NCBI GenBank assembly: GCA_037381445.1
Contig: JARRQT010000091.1
Span: 1 to 23,817, forward strand
Length of the DNA stretch: 23,817 bases
Direction of reading: 5' to 3'
Origin: Calditrichia bacterium
GTDB taxonomy: Bacteria; Calditrichota; Calditrichia; RBG-13-44-9
Shown piece after piece: positions 17,042 through 23,817 of this stretch. The translations under genes and the position numbers were made by a program. A model generated the notes under the pieces. That model saw only the letters and a program-made list of their open reading frames with translations, ran no database searches and was not told where the DNA came from. The number at the start of each line of letters is the position of its first letter. Position 1 is the stretch's first letter.

Positions 17042-19284
17042 GACTTCAGTCGAATATTGTCCAATATCTCGAAAACATCATTCAATCCATTAAAAAAATG
17101 GAGAAGAATTCCGAGGTGTTTTCTGAATTGAAGCACATATCCCAGGAACTGGAACTATTGGAGCAATATGTCCGGACCACACTGGAAACTCTCGACAGCA
17201 ATTTCAATTCCTTCGTAAAGCAGATAAGCCTTTTGTCCGAACTCATCGAATTTCAGCGAGGTGTATTGTCGTTTAAGAATTCGGATAAGATGGTTCAGAC
17301 CCTGTTCGAATTCCTGCTGCAAAATGTTCGCTACAATCATGGGTTCATCGGTTTCAAGCTGAGAGAAGAAGACAAAGAATATACGGTTATTTCCAATCGG
17401 AATGAACACATTGAGCTTTACCAGGACTTTGTGCATTCACCGGAAATGAAAATTCTGGAATCGGTTGTTCAGAAACGTGATCTGGCCTATCTCATTACGG
17501 ATGTTCGGCAGTTTTCCGGCGAAAAAGCCAATTGGGACAAGCTTAAAGCCAAATCTCTAATCTTATTTCCCATAAAGATTCGCGGGAACTTTTTGGGTAT
17601 CGGCCTTCTGGTAAGACAGGATGAAACATTTGAATTGAATGACCTTTCATTCGTCAATCTGGTGGTGGGCATCATTTCCCTCCTGATTTACCAGCATTTT
17701 TATTTTGCACGGTTGAAATCTCGTCTGTTCAGGCAATTCCAATTGCGCAAGATGCTGGAGGAAGTGAAATACGCGGAGTACTTCGAGAAAGGTCCGCTCT
17801 ATATTTTCACGCTGGATCCCCGCTATGTCATTCTGCATGCCAATTCGGCGGCCATCTCCGGTATGAAAATAGAAGAGGAACTGATAATCGGGGACAATTT
17901 CCTGGAGGTAATTCCAAAGGCATATCAGCTGGGATTCAGACGGGTGTTGGATGAGGCAAGCGATAAGGAAGTCCGTTACTTTCAGTCTCCGATTGCCCCG
18001 AAGAACGGCTATAATCCAATTCTGAATTTTTATGTGAGCCGCATTCAACTCCAGAACCGGTTCAGCTTAATTTTAGTGTTCGCCATTGATGTAACTAAAT
18101 CCTATTTCAAAAATATTATTGAGCACCGTAATGAGATGCTGGATGAAATTGATCAGTTTTCAAGAACATTAATTGGACAATTCAATAATTTGCTTACTAT
18201 TGTTGTGCCAAATATCAGTCTGCTCAGAACCCGACTGGCGGGCGATCATCCTTATCAGAAACAACTGGAGGTCATTGAGAGGGCGACACAGCGTTCCACA
18301 AATCTGATTCAAAAATTTCTCAATTATAACCTGGAAGAATTTGAAAGTCCCGAAAAGGGTGACTTGAATAAATTTATTAAGTCATTTATTGATTCTATGA
18401 GCAAGGAAATTCCCCGCAATATCGATGTTAAACTGCAATTGGACGAATCCCTGAAAGAAATCGGCTTTTATCCGTTGCGAATGCGAAAATTAATCAAAAT
18501 CATTCTGGACAACAGCATCATCGCACTCAATAATAAACAGGGGGCTGAAATATCTGTGTCCACCCGTCTGCTGCATCAAACACAGGATGGATTGGTTGAT
18601 AGCAAACCATTTTTTATAAAATCCGGGGATTATCTGGAACTATGTATCGCAGACAATGGCTGCGGGATACCGGAAAACAGTATCCATCAGGTCTTTAAAC
18701 CATTTTATTCGACCCGCATTAAGAATGAAGGCGTTGGTTTGGGACTTTTCATCGCCTATAATATCGTCAAAGACATGCAGGGTCAGATACATATAGAGAG
18801 CAAATTTGAGGAATTCACAAAAGTTTTTGCATATTTGCCTGTCAAGGAGGAAACATCAATGGAAGTTCGTGAATTAGAAAATGAGACAATTTCCAAGGAG
18901 GTGAAGAAAATTAGGCCCACAATTCTCGTAGTTGATGATGAATATAATATCCGAAGCATGATGAGAGAAATCATGGAAATGTCTGGATTTAAAGTGTACA
19001 CTGCCGGCAATGGGCGGGACGGCGTTGATGTATACCAGCGCCACCAGGCAGAAATCGATTTGGTGATTCTGGATATGGTAATGCCGGTAATGGATGGCCG
19101 GGCAGCCTTCGAGGAAATCAAGAAAATCAAAAAAGATCAGAAAATTTATATCATCAGCGGCTATTCCCAGCGGGAAGACCTTGAAGACATGTTGAAAAAG
19201 GGAGCGGTGGGTTTCATGCGAAAACCTTTCCAGGTTAAAGAAATTGTAAGCAAGATCAAAGAAATATTAAAAATTGATGAATGA
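17038..19284 (+). CDS. Hybrid sensor-kinase-like protein (coiled coil, GAF-like, PAS-like, DHp, HATPase, REC) lacking the H-box histidine
   Basis: GAF-like 'AKSLILFPIKIRGNFLGI'; PAS-like 'IFTLD...ILHAN'; DHp 'LIGQFNNLL'; DNGCGI, 'FKPFYST', GVGLGL; REC (VVDDE, VILD, SG, KPF). ATGA overlap with the HDOD stop. Confidence 0.9.
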   Translation: MRLQSNIVQYLENIIQSIKKMEKNSEVFSELKHISQELELLEQYVRTTLETLDSNFNSFVKQISLLSELIEFQRGVLSFKNSDKMVQTLFEFLLQNVRYNHGFIGFKLREEDKEYTVISNRNEHIELYQDFVHSPEMKILESVVQKRDLAYLITDVRQFSGEKANWDKLKAKSLILFPIKIRGNFLGIGLLVRQDETFELNDLSFVNLVVGIISLLIYQHFYFARLKSRLFRQFQLRKMLEEVKYAEYFEKGPLYIFTLDPRYVILHANSAAISGMKIEEELIIGDNFLEVIPKAYQLGFRRVLDEASDKEVRYFQSPIAPKNGYNPILNFYVSRIQLQNRFSLILVFAIDVTKSYFKNIIEHRNEMLDEIDQFSRTLIGQFNNLLTIVVPNISLLRTRLAGDHPYQKQLEVIERATQRSTNLIQKFLNYNLEEFESPEKGDLNKFIKSFIDSMSKEIPRNIDVKLQLDESLKEIGFYPLRMRKLIKIILDNSIIALNNKQGAEISVSTRLLHQTQDGLVDSKPFFIKSGDYLELCIADNGCGIPENSIHQVFKPFYSTRIKNEGVGLGLFIAYNIVKDMQGQIHIESKFEEFTKVFAYLPVKEETSMEVRELENETISKEVKKIRPTILVVDDEYNIRSMMREIMEMSGFKVYTAGNGRDGVDVYQRHQAEIDLVILDMVMPVMDGRAAFEEIKKIKKDQKIYIISGYSQREDLEDMLKKGAVGFMRKPFQVKEIVSKIKEILKIDE

Positions 19285-19446
19285 TGAGAAATATGATTTG
19301 ACAGTTAAACATGTTTCTTGAAATAACGGTATTCTGAATTTCATCCTCTGGACAAATTTTAGAAGTATTCATTTCTTTTATTCCTTCCTTAAATATATTC
19401 AGCACAATTTAAATAAACAGATTTTTCTTGCCGGTGCCATTAAAAT

Positions 19447-19525
19447 GGGCTCCTCAAGCAGTCTTCTTGATGGTCAGTCTGCGGAGCCTGGGAAAAGATC
19501 CGGAACTTTCCGGAATAGTCTTTTT
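19447..19525. other. Two adjacent intergenic stem-loops, function unassigned
   Basis: GGGCTCC(19447-53)/GGAGCCT(19483-89) encloses TCAAG/CTTGA. It is followed by AAAAGAT-CCGGA-ACTT-TCCGG-AATA-GTCTTTT. Confidence 0.4.
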
Positions 19526-19650
19526 ATATAGATGGTGGAAGCAAATTGCGGACGGATTTTATTTCAGTAGCGGTTTCACCAGGGATCTGAACAAAGGTTT
19601 ATTTATTGTCTAAAATGCGGAAGAAGAGACCGTAGGCAATTTTGTAATTC

Positions 19651-19680
19651 TTGATTTCCGCATCTCACAATTCGTATTTT
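19651..19680 (+). promoter_or_regulatory. Putative primary-sigma promoter for the thioesterase gene
   Basis: TTGATT-N18-TATTTT, with the same -35 hexamer as other candidates in the window. Confidence 0.35.
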
Positions 19681-19876
19681 TAACTGATTATAAAATTCAA
19701 AACGGTGACCGAAAACGAGATATAGAAAGTCAGTTGAGCATGAGTGTTTTGAGAGTGCAAATCCGCCATCGTGAATTCATTGCCGGCCATCAATCTAATT
19801 TAATGATATTAAATGTGAGAAAAGGATAGATAGATCGTGGTTCATTTTTGCCGAAACGCGGGGGAGGCAGACTAAG

Positions 19877-20620
19877 ATGCGGGAATTTTCAAAACAATTT
19901 CAACTCAGATCTTATGAAATCGATTTCCGGGGTAAAATTCGACCCGTGGTGATATTAAATTTTCTGCAGGACGCAGCAGGAGATCACGCCGCTCAGATCG
20001 GATATTCCGTTACCGATCTTTTTAAGCACAATCTCACCTGGGTGCTGTCCCGTTATCATATAAGAATTTTGGAATATCCCATGTGGAGGGATGAATTGCA
20101 GATTATCACCTGGCCCAGAGGGATTGACGGACTTTTTGCCTTGCGCGATTTTGAGGTGAAGAACAGCGATAATAAAGTGCTCATTGCGGCCACAAGCTCC
20201 TGGATGGTTATCAGTCTGGAAAGGAAACGCCCGGTCAGGATCGAAGAGAATTTGAGTAATTTCCCAATTGTAGACCGGCGGGCGCTGGTGGACAATTTTG
20301 GGCAGCTGCCGGCTCTCGAGACGGCCGAGCTGGAGCTGCCGTTCCGGGTCCGTTTAAACGACCTGGATTTGAACCGTCATGTAAATAATGCCGTGTACGC
20401 GGAATGGGCTCTGGAAACTGTTCCCGCAGAAATTCTGAAAAATTATCTACCCGTTGATATTGAAATTAGTTACCGGGCGGAAGCGCTGTACGGACACCGG
20501 GTGATTTCGAGGAGCCGCCTGATTGATTCCTGCCAATCGCAGACTTTCCTGCACCAACTGCTTCGTGAAAAAGACGGAAAGGAACTGACCCGTCTGCGCT
20601 CTGTCTGGAAAGAGATTTGA
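19877..20620 (+). CDS. Acyl-ACP thioesterase (FatA/FatB-like double hotdog fold)
   Basis: RSYEID, LQDAA, TWVLSR, 'RDF', ATSSW, catalytic-type DLDLNRHVNN-x-x-Y and 'Y-x-x-E'. RBS GGGGAGG. Confidence 0.93.
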   Translation: MREFSKQFQLRSYEIDFRGKIRPVVILNFLQDAAGDHAAQIGYSVTDLFKHNLTWVLSRYHIRILEYPMWRDELQIITWPRGIDGLFALRDFEVKNSDNKVLIAATSSWMVISLERKRPVRIEENLSNFPIVDRRALVDNFGQLPALETAELELPFRVRLNDLDLNRHVNNAVYAEWALETVPAEILKNYLPVDIEISYRAEALYGHRVISRSRLIDSCQSQTFLHQLLREKDGKELTRLRSVWKEI

Positions 20621-20624
20621 AAAA

Positions 20625-21527
20625 TTATGAAGATTCCTTCTTTCGCCGCACCGTAAAAACCGGGCAGTTGGCCCATCGTACCACCTTCTCTGTCGTACTG
20701 CCGAGCAATATGTAATCCAGCCCTGTAAGTCCATGTGTAGCGATTACGATCATATCAATCCCATTCTCTTTCGCGTGTTCTACAATTTCTTTATGGGCCT
20801 TTCCTTCCTTCACCACGAAATTGGCAGTCAATTCCGGAGGCAGTTGATCCGCTAAAAAACCTTTCATGTTTTCGATAACTCTTTCCTTCAAACCAGTATC
20901 TATCTGAAAAATGGAATCTACTCCTGAGGCATAGAACGAGGGATGGATATCCTGTTCAATAATGTGGATAAATTCCAGCGTCGATTTGAATTTTTTTGCC
21001 AGGGAGAGGGCGTAATCAGTTGCGTCTTTGCAGTTAAACGAGAAATCCAGAGGTACCAGAATTTTGTTGACCTGAAACTGAGTGACGGATCGGTGAATGG
21101 TCAGAACCGGGACCGGGGACATGCGGACCACTTTTTCCGCCACGCTACCCTGCAGGATATGCTTCAATCCCGAGCGGCCATGGGTGCCCATGACAATCAG
21201 ATCAAATGGATTGTCGTTCACATGATCCAGAATCACATCGGCGGATGAAATTCCCCGAATCATAATGGTTTGCACATCAATTCCCCGCCGGGCCGCCTTC
21301 TGACGGCTGTTCTCCATCTGATTTATGAGCCGGTTTTCACGTTTTTTAATCCAGTTTTCATACTCCTGTAGACGTTGTTCTTCACCGATATCATCCTGAA
21401 AAAGGAGCACCGCATGAAAAAGGGTCAAAGCCGCCTCAAATTTTTCGGCAAGTTCGATGGCATATTCCAGAGCTTTTTCGGAGAATTCACTAAAATCAAG
21501 AGGAACCAGTATCTTTTTTATTATCAT
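20625..21527 (-). CDS. Universal stress protein with two tandem Usp domains
   Basis: KILVPLDFS occurs twice; DLIVMGTHGRSG...GSVAEKVVR-x-x-x-x-PVL and DMIVIATHG...GSTTEKVVR-x-x-x-CPV. AGGA RBS. Confidence 0.96.
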   Translation of the reverse strand: MIIKKILVPLDFSEFSEKALEYAIELAEKFEAALTLFHAVLLFQDDIGEEQRLQEYENWIKKRENRLINQMENSRQKAARRGIDVQTIMIRGISSADVILDHVNDNPFDLIVMGTHGRSGLKHILQGSVAEKVVRMSPVPVLTIHRSVTQFQVNKILVPLDFSFNCKDATDYALSLAKKFKSTLEFIHIIEQDIHPSFYASGVDSIFQIDTGLKERVIENMKGFLADQLPPELTANFVVKEGKAHKEIVEHAKENGIDMIVIATHGLTGLDYILLGSTTEKVVRWANCPVFTVRRKKESS

Positions 21528-21626
21528 TCTTCTGTCCTTTGGTTGTTTCCTGAAAAAGATAAATCATCAATATTTTTTGATCAATCAATTTCTTTCAAAA
21601 TTAGCATAGAATGGAAACTGTCGGCA

Positions 21627-21660
21627 AAATAAAAAGCCCCCATAGTTTTATGGGGGCCTT
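21627..21660 (-). terminator. Rho-independent terminator of the OPT gene
   Basis: Minus strand GCCCCCATA-AAAC-TATGGGGGC-TTTTTATTTT, about 20 nt after the stop. Confidence 0.88.
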
Positions 21661-21677
21661 AAAGTCAAACTGAGCAA

Positions 21678-23687
21678 TTACATGGCAGACGGAGGCGCCG
21701 GCTCGTCCGGACTTCCGGCATGATTTACAGGAATTTTCACCAGAACCCAGCCAACCACAAGAAATACCAGCAATGCCGGAATAAATTGGATCATAGTGCC
21801 TGTTTGATGGAAGACCTCCGGAACCGGCCATTCCATGAGAGCGAAGAAGGCGAAGAGCAAACCAATAAGCGCCTCTCCGGCAATCAAGCCGGCAGCCAAT
21901 AGAACCCCGGTGTTTTCTACCCTCGTTTTCTGTGCATTATTAAATCGGCGTTTTGCAACGATCTTATCGGCGATACCGCGAATCAGGCCGCCTATGAAGA
22001 TGGCGAAAGAGGTTTCCAGCGGCAAGTACATACCGACACAGACCAGCATGGGACTTTTTACTCTCAATAGAATGAAAGCGATAGCCATGACGAATCCGAC
22101 GATAATCAGCGGCCAGGCCATATCTCCGCCCACGATGCCTTTGGCCAGAATCGCCATCAGACTGGCCTGAGGTGCGGGATAAGCTTCACCGCCGAGACCA
22201 GTACCGCCCTGATTGATATCACCCTGGTGCAAAATGAGAAGCGGGAAGAACATGACAGCGGATCCCAGGAATACGCCAAACAAGTCACCCACCTGCATTT
22301 TCCAGGGAGTGCCACCGAGCAGGTGACCCACCTTCAGGTCCTGCAGCATCTCACCGGCAACGGCCGCCGCTACGCAGATAACCGCTGCCACACCGAGTAC
22401 TGCCGCCACACCCGACATGCCCTTTACGCCCAGAGCAACCATCAGGATAGCCGCCACGATAAGGGTTGAAATGGTGAGGCCGGAGATGGGGTTGTTACTG
22501 GACCCGATCAATCCAACCAGGTATCCTGATACTGCGGCGAAAAAGAAGCCTGCAATCACCATGACCACAGTGGAAGTAATGGCGGCGACAAAGTGTCCGG
22601 CGAAATACTGATAGATAACATAAGTTGCGATAGTGGCCAAACCGATGCCGATAAATACCCATTTGAAAGACATATCTTTTTGGGTCCGGTCTTCGGCTGC
22701 AATGCCGCCCGTTGCGGCCTGTCGCACATCTTTAATCGCGCGCCCCAGACCGGTTGCCAGACTTGTTCTCATTTTATAAAGCGTATAGGCGGCGCTCATC
22801 AACATGCCGCCAATTGCGATAGGCCGGACGATATCCTTCCAGACATTTACCGCCAGGTCAACCCAACTATGTTCGGCTACCACCTGTGAGGAGATCAGCT
22901 CTGGTCCCAGAAAATAGAGAATAAGCGGAACGAAAAGGCCCCAGGCCAGCAGCCCGCCGGTGAAGTTCAGGGCAGCCAGTTCAGGGCCGATAATGTAGCC
23001 GACGCCCATGTAGGCAGGACTAACTCCGGGGGTGCTGATCAGGGCACCGCCGCCTGCGGAGGTGGAGGTATTGCCGATGCCGAGCGCCTTTTGTCCGAAA
23101 TGAATAAATGTTTCCCCTTTGCTAGCAAATACTTTGAATTCCTTTAAAAATTGTATAAGTGCACCTAAGCCCATGGCGCCGAAAAGCATCATGGCGCCGC
23201 TTGAGCCAGAACGGCCTGCTTTATGGATTTCCGAAGCGGCAACAGATTCCGGAAAAGGGAGTTCCTTGTCTTCAACCATCACACGGCGAAGGATGGTGAC
23301 AAACATAATTCCGATGATTGAACCGACAAACATGATGGAAGTCGCTTCAAAATAATGTCTGACCGACCAGAACGAACCCTTCCAGACGCCGGAAATCATA
23401 AAAGCAGGTATAGTAAAAATGGCTCCTGCGGCGATGGATTCGCCGATGGAACCGACGGTTCGGGCAATATTTTCCTCTAAAATAGAACCCTTCATAAACC
23501 GTAAAACTGCCATACCGATTACAGCTGCCGGATAGGTTGCGGCAATGGTCATGCCTGCTTTCAAGCCGAGATAGGCGTTGGCAGCCCCCAGTATCACCGT
23601 CATAAACAATCCAAGCACCAGTGCCCGAATCGTAAATTCAGGAAGATCCGTTTTCGATGATACATAGGGTTTAAAATCATTGCTCAT
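21678..23687 (-). CDS. OPT-family oligopeptide transporter (bacterial YSL-like clade), 669 aa
   Basis: 'PEFT-x-RA', 'AANAYLGLKAG', 'ENIART', 'LPFPE', 'GSSNNPISG', 'QDLKVG-x-x-x-G-x-TP', 'APQA', 'AAGLIAGE'. GGAGG RBS at 23692-23696 supports ATG 23687 rather than the tracked 23786. Confidence 0.95.
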   Translation of the reverse strand: MSNDFKPYVSSKTDLPEFTIRALVLGLFMTVILGAANAYLGLKAGMTIAATYPAAVIGMAVLRFMKGSILEENIARTVGSIGESIAAGAIFTIPAFMISGVWKGSFWSVRHYFEATSIMFVGSIIGIMFVTILRRVMVEDKELPFPESVAASEIHKAGRSGSSGAMMLFGAMGLGALIQFLKEFKVFASKGETFIHFGQKALGIGNTSTSAGGGALISTPGVSPAYMGVGYIIGPELAALNFTGGLLAWGLFVPLILYFLGPELISSQVVAEHSWVDLAVNVWKDIVRPIAIGGMLMSAAYTLYKMRTSLATGLGRAIKDVRQAATGGIAAEDRTQKDMSFKWVFIGIGLATIATYVIYQYFAGHFVAAITSTVVMVIAGFFFAAVSGYLVGLIGSSNNPISGLTISTLIVAAILMVALGVKGMSGVAAVLGVAAVICVAAAVAGEMLQDLKVGHLLGGTPWKMQVGDLFGVFLGSAVMFFPLLILHQGDINQGGTGLGGEAYPAPQASLMAILAKGIVGGDMAWPLIIVGFVMAIAFILLRVKSPMLVCVGMYLPLETSFAIFIGGLIRGIADKIVAKRRFNNAQKTRVENTGVLLAAGLIAGEALIGLLFAFFALMEWPVPEVFHQTGTMIQFIPALLVFLVVGWVLVKIPVNHAGSPDEPAPPSAM

Positions 23688-23730
23688 AAGGCCTCCATGG
23701 TTTAATATCCTGAAAAACACGATGCGAGCC

Positions 23731-23760
23731 AATATAGTAAAATGAATAGTTTTGAAGCAA
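23731..23760 (-). promoter_or_regulatory. Putative primary-sigma promoter for the OPT gene
   Basis: Minus strand TTGCTT-N18-TATATT. Confidence 0.5.
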
Positions 23761-23817
23761 CCATTTAAAAAATATGGCAAAATCAAGGCAGATAGCCGTT
23801 TTCCGGCTCTGTTACTG

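Noticed and set aside
19560..19590. Minus-strand GGTGAAACC...ACTG resembling part of a cobalamin riboswitch
   Set aside because: It lacks the upstream GGGAA and the B12 box, and no B12-related gene lies downstream.
19428..19613. 61-aa intergenic ORF
   Set aside because: TTG start without an RBS, no recognisable features, and it overlaps hairpins.
19735..19761. CIRCE-like TGAGCATGA-N9-GAGTGCAAA
   Set aside because: The left arm matches only 5/9, the arms are not complementary, and the downstream gene is not a chaperone.
21577..21600. FNR-like TTGAT/ATCAA upstream of the USP gene
   Set aside because: The half-sites are 2 nt apart, not the 4 nt required.
21678..23687. Apparently higher GC in the OPT gene as a sign of horizontal transfer
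   Set aside because: Explained by Gly/Ala-rich membrane-protein composition; no mobility genes or flanking repeats; not quantified.
1..23817. CRISPR arrays, tRNA/rRNA, IS/transposase, integrase, phage or defence genes
   Set aside because: No regularly spaced DNA repeats, cloverleafs or matching protein motifs seen by eye; the only repeats are protein-coding.

Overview
Bacterial chromosomal window from a diderm organism. It encodes an outer-membrane beta-barrel; the gene set resembles Calditrichota/FCB-type genomes, but that taxonomy is an impression and not established. It holds 17 supportable CDSs and no rRNA, tRNA, CRISPR array or mobile element that I could see. Left to right: GT4 glycosyltransferase (5'-truncated), GT-C membrane glycosyltransferase and DUF72; hsp20 behind a sigma54-like promoter; a secreted four-repeat protein of unknown function plus a DUF4097 protein; on the minus strand a SpoIID/LytB-domain gene and prfB with its programmed +1 frameshift; a 9-kb signalling block; acyl-ACP thioesterase; tandem USP; OPT-family transporter. 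The signalling block has two parts. The first is an orphan family-5 solute-binding protein, Cache-HAMP histidine kinase, sigma54 activator and OM beta-barrel. The second is an HDOD protein coupled to a hybrid kinase lacking its phospho-acceptor His, behind a sigma28-like promoter. The best candidates for undescribed biology are the HDOD/pseudokinase module, the transporter-less SBP-kinase-activator-barrel module and the DDSHS-repeat protein. All family assignments are by-eye motif recognition; no searches were run.
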